Shown here: positions 49,495-61,479 of the stretch, piece after piece | Numbering within the stretch: the stretch's first letter is position 1 | How the letters are laid out: each line of letters begins with the position of its first letter | Origin: Geosiphon pyriformis uo1 | Lineage: Eukaryota > Fungi > Glomeromycota | Length of the DNA stretch: 64,000 nt | Direction of reading: 5' to 3' | Assembly (NCBI GenBank): GCA_016748015.1 | Contig: JAAOMT010000128.1 | Coordinates: 565,538-629,537, forward strand | Notes under the pieces: model-generated | Databases searched by the model: none | What the model was told of the DNA's origin: nothing | Seen by the model: only the letters and a program-made list of their open reading frames with translations | Program-made: the position numbers and the translations under genes

Positions 49495-50220
49495 TGTTAT
49501 GGGTTGGAGTAACAAGCTAACGGATAGCAAGGGAGAACAGTATTGTATGGTAATAGAAATAAACAAAGAAGGAATTACAATAAGGGAGCGAATTAAATAA
49601 GTAGGAATTCAATGTGTGTGATCAGTCTCATAAAAATCACAGTCACTAATCTTTTCTTAAATCTGAAGGTAGAGAAATAGTCCGTGATTGTCAACAAGAT
49701 AACACCACTGCTATTATTCTATGCCTCAACTTGGCAATTCTTAGAATCAATAACAGGTATTGTTGTACTTTTCAATCATTTTTTTATTCAATGAATTACA
49801 AGAGCAAGCCAATTGCTTCTCAGGCTAATTCTAACAAACACAAATCAAGAAGGGAAAAAGATAAGGTATGTGAATGCCAACAAGTAGATACTTGAAGGTA
49901 AGGAAAGAGGAATAAGCGATTATGAGAGGAAGTAATTGATATTGTTTATTTCATTACTTTGATCATGTTTTTCTACAGCTAAGGGAATCATCACTTATAT
50001 AGCTATCTAAAGTGGTCAACGATCAGGTCAATGATTAGGTCAACGATCAGGTCAATGATCAGGTCATTGATCAGGTCAATAATCAGGTCAATGATCAGGT
50101 CAATGGTCAGGTTATTGATCAGGTCAACGATCATTATCTAAAAATAGGGTGGCTAATTATATGACATCAGTGGCTAATACATGTGATAATTAATAAAAAC
50201 TATGTGTTTCAACCATAACA
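49495..50220 (-). repeat. A4 5' LTR
   Basis: Next to PBS; about 10 units of the 12-bp array at 50014-50132. Confidence 0.92.
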
Positions 50221-52762
50221 ATGCCATAACATATGTCAGTAGATCTCTTATACCAGCAAAAAAAATTATTCAGTTACTGAACAAGAATGTTTAGCAGTAG
50301 TTTGGGCTACTAGCTACTGGAATCAATATCTTCTTGGTGCAAAATTCTTAGTAGTAACAGATCATCAAGCCTTGGTTTGGCTGCACAATAAAAAAAAGCT
50401 GGAACACAAATGAATAACTCACTGAATACTCCACTTGGATGAATTCGACTATGATATTCAATACCACAAAGAAGCAAATCATCAAAATGCTAATGCTTTC
50501 TTTAGACTTATCATTCAATAATAGTACAACCTCTTAAACCAAACCAACTTAATTATTAGTAACTCTTTCACAAACAAACATGATAATAGACTTAGACAAC
50601 TACTCTGTCTTAATAAAATTTTTGGGTAAAGGACAATATCCACCAGAATACACTTGATAGCAAAGAGAACATTTGCAATAATAATCAAATTTCTATTTGA
50701 TCTGCCAGAACCAATTATACAAAAGAAACAGAAAAAATCCTAACTGTTCTTAGAGAGTCATTAGATTTAAAAAAAAAAATTGTAATATACAATATACACA
50801 CTGACTCATTAGCTGGACACTTTGAAAAAACAAAGACAATTCAGAAAACTTTAGCTTGCTATTATTGGTCTATCTTGGAAAAAGACATTGCTAAATACAT
50901 TAAAACCTGTAACATTTGCCAAAGAAGAGGCAAATCCAATTACAAAGAAGATATCCATCCAATCTCTGTTGATCAACCATTTAACAAAATTGGTATAGAT
51001 GTTGTTGGACTTTTAACAGTAACTCTTAATAACAACAGATACATTATTACAGCTACCAACTATCTTACAAAATGGGTAGAAGCAAGAGCCACTCCACACC
51101 AAACACCAGTCTCAATAGCCAATTTCATTTATGAAGATATTATTTGCTGTCATGACTGCCCCAAAGAACTTTTATCTGATAGAAGAAAAGCTTTTTTCAG
51201 TACACTAGTTGAAGAACTTTGTAGAAAAATGGGAATATGTCATAAACTTTCTTCCTCTTATCACCTCTAAACAAATGGCCTAGTAGAACATTTTAATAGA
51301 ACACTATGTGAAACCTTAGCCAAAACCAGTGAAGAAACAAACTTATAGAACAAAGTACTGTCTTCAGTTTTGTTTGTTTATAGACCTGTGAATCATGACA
51401 TAACAAGTTATAAATCTTTTTATCTGCTCTATAGATGCATAGCAACACTACCAATAGAAACTAACATCGAAACAATATCTTTTGAAAAGATGACAATAGG
51501 AAATTACAAAAACATTTTGCAAAGAAAACTTGGTATCATTCTTGACTCCTTGGTAGAAGCATGAATAATTGCTTTTAAAAAAATAAAACAGTTTCAAGAA
51601 AAAGAAAACCTATAAAACACTTTCTTTAAGTGTTGGTAACTTGGTACTAGAATACTATTCTAACAGAGACAATGTTTATGGTGATAAGTTCTCTAGCCAA
51701 TAGAAAGAACCCTTTATAGTCAACAAAGTTTTGAACAATGGTTCTTATATTCTTTAAGATTAATTCAGAACAATCTTCAATGATCATTCTGTTCATAGTA
51801 CATGACTCAAGAAATATCATAAACAATCTGATTGGCTGCCTATTGTGGTAATACTGATTTAAATGATCAGCAAAAATCAAGTATAAATAAATGCACCATT
51901 TCCAAAACAGAGGTATTTTCAATTAACATAAACAATTATTTTCTGGATCAAAACATTCAAAATGCTTTCTATACTCTATATAAGTATTGGATTAAAAACT
52001 ATTCAAATGCTACTCTGACCATTGGAAGACAAATCACTATAACTGATAACAGTATAACACATACTGTTATTAGACCAAAAAAAACTACTACTAGAAGAGA
52101 AAAAATTGGTAGTAAAATAGATAAATATCTATTGGAAAGTATAACAGCAGCTATACTCTTATCTTTTAACACAATTAAAAAAACACTCCAAAAAATCTTA
52201 TTTATAGACAAAAACTTGTCATATGGAAAGCAATTAGAACTCTATGGTCGCTTTGGTGAAATCATTGAGGATATGAAACTCATGAAGAAAACAACTTCAG
52301 AGATACAGGCAGAAATTTTGGGCATTATATGATTAGATGTCTCCAGAGTTTTAATTATTGCTAAAAGAGCCAAAACTCTAATACAAAGATTTGGTCTTTT
52401 GAATACAAAACTCATTTCACCTCAAGTGTTATATATCTTATTCACAAAAAACTTCAACAAACTAGTTAGCTTTGAGTTAAATAAAACCCTTCAAATAAAT
52501 TACTCCATAAATAGCTTGATTTTGCTGGAGTTTAATCTCTTTGGAAAGGATGATATTATAGTTAAAACTTATACTTCTTATTAATTATCACATGTATTAG
52601 CCACTGATGTTATATAAATTAGTCACACTATTTTTAGATAGTGATTATTGATCTGATCAATAACTTGACCATTAATCTGATTATTGATCTAGTTGTTGAC
52701 CTGATCATTGACCACTTTTGACAGCTATATAAGCAATAAATTTCTTAACTGTAGAAAAGCAT
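50221..52762 (+). mobile_element. Family A copy A5, 3' part only (RNaseH end, IN, ORF-X, start of 3' LTR at 52554)
   Basis: Collinear with A2 from ~17795 onward. Confidence 0.9.
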
Positions 52763-53408
52763 TGTTACTTATAAAATATAGGAAGTATATTAGCATATAA
52801 ATTAGCCAATTATAGATAGACATAGTAAATGTGGAATTCCAGGATTCTTTTCAGAGAAATTGCAGGATTCCAGGAATTGCAAGATTCTTACACAAGAAAT
52901 TGCAGAATTCTAGAATTCCAGGATTCCTCTTAAAGGAATTGCAGAATTCCAGAAATTCCAGGATTCCTGACATAAAGAATTGAAGAATTGAGGAATCTCA
53001 AATATGTATATATAGCAGTAGTATCAAAAGTTAGAAAATTAGTCAATAGGACTTAGAGTCAATTGATTCACAGAGTCAATTAGACTCATAGAATTAATTA
53101 GACTCACAAAATTATAATTATTAAAATTACAAAAAAAAAAAAGAATCCTTTAGTGAGACTTCTCAGTTTAGATTTCATTTAAACAACTTTCCAAAACCAC
53201 AAATAAATAACTGTTTGTTATCTCAAACCTGCTGCCACTATCAACACTTCATGTTAATAGTAATTGATACTTAACCATACTGGAACAATAGCTCTTAATC
53301 ATAGTTATTGATGGAATATTAACTTGCAAATCACCTTGGCTTATTTCTTATTTTCTCTTTTATCTTTTTTTTTATTTTTTTTATTGTTTACTAACTTGAT
53401 TAAAGAAA

Positions 53409-53572
53409 TTACTCTTGGAGGACTTATAGTGGAATAAACTTACTTAAACAATACTTACTCTTGGAAGACTTATGGAAGAATAAACTTACTTAAACAATAT
53501 TTACTCTTGGAGGACTTATGGAAGAATAAACTTGCTTAAACAATACTTACTCTTGAAAGACTTATGGAAGAA
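53409..53572 (+). repeat. 46-bp tandem repeat x3.6 in the B2 LTR
   Basis: TTACTCTTGG at 53409, 53455, 53501, 53547. Confidence 0.9.
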
Positions 53573-53983
53573 CTGATGTCAGAAAACAGCACTAGTATAC
53601 ACTTACGGAGGATATCATACCAGGAGAATCATCAACCTTCAAGCTGAGCAAGCAATTGACGAAACTACGGTTTCAGGAAACTACTGATAAACTGTTACCA
53701 TTGAATCTCTGTCCATTATACAAAGAACTCAATTGGAAAACCTTCAGATAAAATATCTTCAGATTATCATTATCACCTATTGCTTTAAGCATCAAGTTAC
53801 AGGTTTGTTATTTACTCAACACCCCAAAGACTTACTTATAATATTTGATGCTTCCTGTGAGGTATAATCCAACAGAGAACCAGTACTAACAACAACCATG
53901 CAAAAAAGTGGCAGACCAAAAAAAAACAAGGGAAAATTACTTAAGATTCACAAAATCCTTATTTTACCATTACTTTTGAAAAC

Positions 53984-54560
53984 CTCGTTAAATTAAAACT
54001 CTGATTATTCAAGACCCGATTGTTAAAACCCTGACCATTCGAAATATACCATTGATAAATTTGTTAAAACTCGTTAAATTAAAACTTCAATTATTCAAGA
54101 CCCGATCATTAAAATCCCGAACATTTGAAAATTACCATTGATAAACTCGTTAAAACTTGTTAAAACTCCAATTATTCAAAACCCAATTGTTAAAACTCTG
54201 AACATTCGAAACTCATCTTTGAAAAAAAAAAATTTGTTAAATTCAAACTCCAATTATTTAAGACCCAATTGTTAAAACCCCAAACATTTAAAAATTACCA
54301 TTGATAAATTCATTAAAAACTCATTAAATTAAAAAACTCCATTTATTCAAAATCCAATCATTAAAACCCTGACTATTTGAAATGTACCATTGATAAATTT
54401 GTTAAAAACTCATTAAATTAAAAACTCCAATTATTCAAGACCCAATTGTTAAAACTCCAAACATTCGAAAATTACCATTGATAAATTTGTTAAAAACTTG
54501 TTAAATTAAAACTCCAATTATTCAAGATCCGATTGTTAAAAAAAACCCAAACATTCGAAA
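53984..54560 (+). repeat. ~86-bp tandem array x7 in the B2 interior
   Basis: TTATTCAAGACCC-like core recurring every 81-89 bp. Confidence 0.88.
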
Positions 54561-54887
54561 CCTGATAATTCCAACTCCACTATTGTACAAAAAAACTTAC
54601 TGTCAATAAAACTTGTTAAATCTTTAGCAATTCAAACTCCAGAAATTATCCAAAAACCCGAACATTTAAAGTCCAATAAATTCCAAACTCTGCTATTATA
54701 CAAAGAAACTTATCTCCAATAGCCCAATAAAACCTAATTCTTACAGTACCAATAAATCAGCAAAACTCACCTGACAGCTCTGAGTCAGAATATTAGGACA
54801 TAGTCACAATCCACTCCCATATGTCATATATTTGAAGAAAAGCCAATCAGTGAGAACAAATGGGAATCGGAATCGGAACTTAATCTT

Positions 54888-55060
54888 GATTCAAACTCCA
54901 CTGATGACAGCAATGATTCAAACTCCACTAATGACAGCAATGATTCAAACTCTGCTGATGACAACAATAATTCAAACTTCACTGATGACAACAACAATTC
55001 AAACTCTACTAATGACAAACGATGATTTAAACTCTGCCAACAACAATTCAAACTCTGTTT
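54888..55060 (+). repeat. 27-bp tandem repeat (DSNSTDDSN linker remnant)
   Basis: GATTCAAACTCC at 54888, 54915, 54942 and onward. Confidence 0.85.
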
Positions 55061-55395
55061 CAAACACCAAACAATATATTATGCTTCTAGATCTTACAAT
55101 AGAGCAGGAATTAACTCAATTCAGTAATAATAATAAGGGCATTATGTCTGAACATGCATATAATATAGATACAAGATTTGAATGTGAATATTCTGAACAG
55201 ACCACTACAGTTAAAAACCACAGTCACATATAAAATTAAATTTACAAATAGCAATAGAAATTACCACAACAACATTGATATAAAAGAGAGATTTAGAAGA
55301 TTTTGTGGGAGCTCAATATTAAAGAAGGGAATAATGTTACTCATAAAATATAGGAAGTATATTAGCATATAAATTAGCCAATCATAGGTAGACAT

Positions 55396-56369
55396 TGTTA
55401 CTAGAGGTTTTTGGGTCTCTTTTCTTAAATGTTGGTAATGTTGATTTGCTGTGAATTCACGTTTTCAGGAAGTAGTTAAACCTCCAGTAACTGAATTTAT
55501 CTTCAAATTATCTCTTATAATTTGAACTGCTGGGCTTATAAATGGAATGGCCAATTCCTTGCCAGTTATTTTATGTAGTTACATTGTAGTAAATGTCAAC
55601 TCTTTTCCAGGAATTGCTCATCTAGAAGCTCACTAAAAAAATGTGTAGTTATTTTGCTGTGAAAGTCAACTTTTCTACAGGAATCTCGTCTGTAGACTAC
55701 CCTAATGATTGTAATAAGAAAAGAAAAATAAAATAAAAGAAATGTAAAGGAAATAGAATTCTGTTAAGGGAAACGTTTTTTATTTAGGCCTGGAGTCACT
55801 AACAGTTTACTGAAATTGGTAGCTAATCAATTTCGAAATGTTAGTTGGGTTTTGGGGATTTTCCAAGTGTAATAATTAAAAAATTTGGTTTTTCAAATTA
55901 TTTGATATTTATTTTTTTCTGTGTGTATAGGAATGGTTCTGAGTAATAAATCTAAAGTAAGATACATTTTTTTGAAGAGAAAAGCTCTTCTTTTATACAA
56001 CTTGTTGTAGTACTAATCTATGAACTTGCACTTTTTCTCTTTGCTCAAATTTTGGCGAACTAAAGATACATTTTGATGAACTACAAGTTATTTTGCTGAA
56101 CTATTGATTAATTTGGGTGAATTATTCATAATTTCGGCAAATTTCTGTAAATTTCGGCGAATTTTAGAATGTTACAAAGTTCAGGGTATTGTGTAATTTG
56201 ATCATCCTACTTTTTGTTATACTAATTGAATTATTTAATTGAATTGTGATATGTGATAATTGATTAAATAATAAATGATAATTTGAAATAATATTAATAT
56301 ACTAATTAATTATAGGAATTATAAGAGTAATTTTCCTGCTAATTAATAGCTAAAATTCTACTGGTAACA
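55396..56369 (-). repeat. C2 3' LTR
   Basis: TGTTAC..GTAACA; related to C1 LTRs with a diverged U3. Confidence 0.92.
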
Positions 56370-57057
56370 TAATCTCTTTCTCAAGACTGAGCTCCATCAA
56401 AGTCCAAGCACTATCTGTAATATTGAGATAGTGATCCAAAATAATTGAAGTAATCTGGTCTGAAAATTGTTGAAATTTCAGTTCTGTGAGTTTGCCAATA
56501 TATTGGACTTTCATTGGTTGCAGTATTGGATTTTGTAGAACATTTTCACAAGTATTAAACAAATTATAGAGTCTAAAAGCTGTTCTAAGTTTGTAGTAAG
56601 TGTTTGTTGGTCCAGCTGCTGTTTTGAATTCATTGTGGATTTGTTTTTGTATAGCTTCAGAAGTGAGATTTGTTGCTTTAAGTTCTAGTTTTCATTCATA
56701 AAGTGTCTTTTCAATGTGAAAGTATTTATAGATAGAAGTGTGTTCATTGTTCTGTTCATTGAGAAGTAGTAGAAGTTTTTGTTGCATTGTAGCATTTGAT
56801 GGAATGTCAATAGGGGCAATTAAAAAATTTTCTTTTAGTGCTTGCTTCAAAAGTCTTGGTAACCTATTTTCAGAGTGACTTCTTATTTTTCTTCTATAGG
56901 GGTGATAGTTCTGTAAATGATTTGCTACTGGAGCTGTGGTTTTTTTCTGAATGTAATTAATTTGACTTCTATTAATCATTATGGATAAGTCAGGAAGTGT
57001 TTTTAAGGCTAATATTAACTTTTGGGATATTTGTTAAATATTTCGGAGAATAATCAT
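56350..57057 (-). pseudogene. C2 ORF-X
   Basis: Homologous to 33406-34125; internal stops. Confidence 0.8.
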
Positions 57058-57175
57058 GATAAAATTGACTAATTATAAAAAGAGAGAATAAGGAAAATTA
57101 TTTTTGGGATATGGGATTTTTATTTGTTTTTGGGTTTGGGTGTTTTTGTAATTTATTTACTATTTTTGTCTTTGT

Positions 57176-57215
<40 letters not shown>

Positions 57216-57665
57216 NNNNNNNNNNNNNNNNNNNNNNNNNNNNNNNNNNNNNNNNNNNNNNNNNNNNNNNNNNNNNNNNNNNNNNNNNNNNNNNNNNNNN
57301 NNNNNNNNNNNNNNNNNNNNNNNNNNNNNNNNNNNNNNNNNNNNNNNNNNNNNNNNNNNNNNNNNNNNNNNNNNNNNNNNNNNNNNNNNNNNNNNNNNNN
57401 NNNNNNNNNNNNNNNNNNNNNNNNNNNNNNNNNNNNNNNNNNNNNNNNNNNNNNNNNNNNNNNNNNNNNNNNNNNNNNNNNNNNNNNNNNNNNNNNNNNN
57501 NNNNNNNNNNNNNNNNNNNNNNNNNNNNNNNNNNNNNNNNNNNNNNNNNNNNNNNNNNNNNNNNNNNNNNNNNNNNNNNNNNNNNNNNNNNNNNNNNNNN
57601 NNNNNNNNNNNNNNNNNNNNNNNNNNNNNNNNNNNNNNNNNNNNNNNNNNNNNNNNNNNNNNNNN

Positions 57666-58184
57666 TGCTCTTTGGATGGCTCTAGCTTCAGGCCATTTGG
57701 TAAGATAATTCACTGCAACTGCAATATAACAATTTCTTTGGGTTGTGATAGGTAATGGTCCAACTAAATCAATTCCAACTCTGTCAAAAGGTTGTCCAAC
57801 TTTGATTGAATTTAAAGGTTCTGTAGAGCAAATTCCTTCTCTTCTTTGACAACTATCACAAAATTCTACATATTGTTGAATGTTTTTTTGCATGTAAGGC
57901 CAAAAATAATGTTCAAGAGTTCTTTGAATTGTTCCATCTCTTCCCAAGTGTGCTGAAGACGGATCTGTGTGCATGTTGTATAAAATTGTTTCTTTTTTAT
58001 TCTCTTGTATTAATCTGAATGGTTGGTTTGGATTTCTGTGATTTTTATAATAGATTTTGTTCTGGTATATGAAATATTGTTTTGATTGGTGTTGTAAACG
58101 ATGTTTTTCACTTGGAGACCAGTTTTCTGGCATGGTAAGAGTTTTCAAATAATTTTTAAGATTGCTGTAATTTCTGGGATCTAT
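57666..58184 (-). pseudogene. C2 integrase N-terminal half (remainder in the gap)
   Basis: HTDPSSAHLG..CDSC, VGIDLVGP. Confidence 0.88.
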
Positions 58185-58241
58185 TCTTGTTTGGTTATTT
58201 TGTTGATAAGTTGGTAAGTTGTGGTAAAATTGTTGTTGGTA

Positions 58242-59640
58242 TTAATTTTGTCTCATTTTTGAAAGGCTATCAACATTGGTATGTAGTTTTCCTGGTTTGT
58301 GGTGTACAACATATCTGTAGTCTGCTAGTAAGTCATTCCATCAAGACTGTTTGGCACTTTGTTCAGTTTTTTTTTATTGAGCCATTTGAGGCCAATGTTG
58401 TCTGTTATTATGTCAAATTCTTTTCCATTCTTCAGATATTGTTGAAAATATTTAAGAACCCAAATAACTGCTGCAGCTTCTAATTCGTATTTTAGTTCTG
58501 TTGGTTTGAGTGTTCTACTAGCATAAGTGATGACTTGTTCTTGCCCATTTTCATTTACTTGTGATAAGATGGCACCAAATGCTATGTGTGAAGCATCAGT
58601 GGCTAGTTGAAATTGTTTGTTGAAGTCTGGATAAGCAAGAACTGGGGCTGTTTTCAGCTTTGTTTTAAGAGTTTCAAATGCTTTTTGTTGTTCTTCAGTC
58701 CATTTGTATGGCACATTTTTATTGGTGAAATAATTGAGTGGTTTGGCAATTTTTGAAAATCCTTTAATAAATTTTCGGTAATAAGAGGCTAATCCTACAA
58801 ATCCTCATAGCTCTGTGGTATTTTTTGGGATTTGGAAGTTTTTAACAGCACTAATTGTTCCAGGGTTTGGTTTGACTTCATCTTTGCTAACAATATGTCC
58901 AAAAAAGATTAAGCTTGTTTTTCTAAAGTGACATTTCTCAATATTCAACTTCAATTCTGCTTTCTGTAATCATTGAAAAACTTCTTGCAGATGAATAAGA
59001 TGGGCTTCAAAGCTTGGTGAATACACATCAGTATTATCAAGGTAAACAACTACTGATTGCCATAAGAGTCTTTTATATACAACATCCATGAGTTGTTGGA
59101 ATGTTGCTGGTACATTACAGAGTCCAAAAGACATAACATTGAACTCATAGTTTCCTTTTTGGGTGGTGAATGCTGTTTTGGGTCGGTTTTTTGGGTCTAT
59201 TTCGACTTGTCAGTATCCACTTTCCAAGTCTAGAGTTGAGAAGAACTTGGTCTTTCCTAGAGCATCTAGCATGTCATCAATTCTTGGAAGAGGGTAGGCA
59301 TCTCTAATTGTAACACTATTCAGTTGTCTATAATCAACACAGAATCTGATTTTTCCGTTTTTCTTTTTAACTAAAACTACTGGTGAGGCCCAAGGACTTC
59401 TTGATGGTTGAATCAATCCATTATTGAGCATTCTTTGGACCTCTTCTCTGATAAATTGGTGGCTGGCAGGTGGCACTTAATAAGCTTGTTGACGTTTTAG
59501 TGGGGCATCTTCTGTATGGATTTGATGTTGAACAATGTCTGTCTTTCCCAAGTCATTGTTGTCTTTTGCAAATATATCTGCAAATTCAGCTATCAATTGT
59601 TTCAATTGTTTTTGTTGTTGAGGTTTTAAGGGACCCATGT
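58242..59640 (-). pseudogene. pol: C2 RT-RNaseH
   Basis: [33 protein letters not shown]. Confidence 0.92.
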
Positions 59641-60079
59641 TGATTCAAGAGAGTTTTTCTTCCACAAAGTGGTAGTTTTCAGTAGTGGGAATGATATTTG
59701 GATTTGGGAGTAGAGTGTGTCTTACAATTTTGATAAAATTAGAAACAATTTGAGGGTTTTCATCTTGAAAAATATTGCTGTGTATGATTCCAATCTCTAG
59801 TTTGTTTAATAAAACAATAGGGTAATTATTGAGATTGTAGAATGTAACTCAAAATTTTCTCATTCTTTTGGGAATATAAACGTTTGGAATTGAGATTTCA
59901 TGCTTCAAACAGATTTGTTTATTGGATTCAAAGATTTGTTGTGTGGTGGTGGGTTTTGAGCAAGTATAAATTTCGTGATGTTCTTCAAAAGGGGAAATGG
60001 TAATTGGCTAAGGAAGTTGAAGAATCTGGTGAGATTCATTTTGTGTATTAAGAGCTATGTTTACTGGAACTGTAAATCG

Positions 60080-60510
60080 TCCAGTTGAACCAAAACCTTG
60101 AGTTCCTCTTTCACTTTTTTCCAATTGTTCTCTGTTGTTACTGATTGTAATCCCGAAATATTGATTAAGGATAAGTAAATTGCTTGAGCAATTTTTTCAG
60201 CATGTTCAATTTTGAATGGTTTGTCTGTCTCATTCTGTAACATAATGGTAATATCTCTAGTGTATCCTGCATCTATAACTCCTCCTCTAATATTGATTTC
60301 TTTGCTTGCCAATGATGATCTGGAGGCAATTTGAACCATTGCTCTTGGTGGAATTTCAAGAGCAATTTTGAGATTGATTTTTGTTAAGAACTTTGATTGG
60401 AGAACCAAAGTATCTTTTCCTAAGTATCTTAGATCATATCCAGCATCAATTTCGTGTGCTTTTTTTGGTTTGATTCCTTGGCCATGGTTGTCAAAATATT
60501 TAAGTTGTAG
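60080..60510 (-). pseudogene. dut: C2 dUTPase domain
   Basis: DAGYDL, QIASRSSLA, GGVIDAGYT, KIAQAI, ERGTQGFGSTG (last motif frameshifted). Confidence 0.92.
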
Positions 60511-61479
60511 AGGTGGTTGCTTTTCAAGAAGATAGATAGGGGTGGTTGGTAGTTTTTCTACTAGTTCAGATACTCCAAATTCGATTTCATTTTCATCATT
60601 CTCATCTGGCAGAGAAATGCTAAGAGCATAACATTCTAAACACCATTGGTCATCACAAGGCATAACACATTCTTCACACAATTGAATGTTTATTTGTTTT
60701 AATCGTTGAATTTGAGCTTCTTTGGTCAGATATGTGTGGCTTGCAATTTGGTAGTAGGTTTCTACTTCATCTTTATAATCAAATCCAGCTAATTCCATGG
60801 TATACTCAATATATTCAGGTTTTTTCATTTGGTAGACGTCTTTTTGGGTGGCTTCATTGATCAATGTTATTGCTAGGTCAAAAATTATTTCAGCATCATG
60901 AGAGTAGTGGTAAAGTTTATTGAGAGCACTGTTGTATGCTGCATCAAATGGTGTTCCTCTTCTGACTTTTTCCGAAATTAATAGAGCATATTGACAGGTT
61001 TGATTACATACTTCTCCTCTTATTGCTACATCAATCCAATTGCATTCTTCTGATAGCATTTCTCCACATGTAAGACAAGAAGTTTTGTCCCATTTTCCAC
61101 TTCTCTTTGGAGATCCAAATCGTTCTTTATAACATGTTTTACAGAAGTAACAAGTGCAAGTTTCATATTCTTCTTCTGGGGAAATATAGGCTCCCAAAGA
61201 TGAAAGCTTCTTTTTGCAATCTTTGCATTTTAGTGAAATGTATGGTGGTTCTTTTTGTGGTTCTGGTGTGGAATATCTAACTTTCTTCCATTCCCTTGAT
61301 TCTTCAAAAATCTCTTGTTCTGTTTCCTCAGCCCAATTGGATGGTGATCTAAAAGCCATGTAGGTTTCAGTGAGTGGCATTTCCTTCTTTTCTTCAAATT
61401 CAAATACTGGAGCTTTTTTTGATTGTTTGTTAAAGGTACCACAGATTGTAGATATGATGGTATATCGTCCTTGGTATGA

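Larger units (their letters stand above)
42986..50220 (-). mobile_element. Family A copy A4 (least degraded; probably an assembly chimera at 48370)
   Basis: LTRs 42986-43651 and 49495-50220, PBS 49472-49488; flanks ATAA and ATGC do not form a TSD. Confidence 0.9.
52763..55395 (+). mobile_element. Family B copy B2: miniature, largely non-coding LTR element (TRIM/LARD-like)
   Basis: 5' LTR 52763-53843, PBS 53846-53862, ~1.5-kb interior, PPT, 3' LTR from 55335 interrupted by C2. Confidence 0.85.

Noticed and set aside
53409-54560. CRISPR-like arrays
   Set aside because: Contiguous tandem units with no unique spacers, no cas genes, and a eukaryotic retroelement context
57111-57755. Poly-F / poly-K ORFs and the long T run
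   Set aside because: They span the 450-N gap; the T run at a contig end is unreliable, and the gap hides about 900 bp of integrase by comparison with C1
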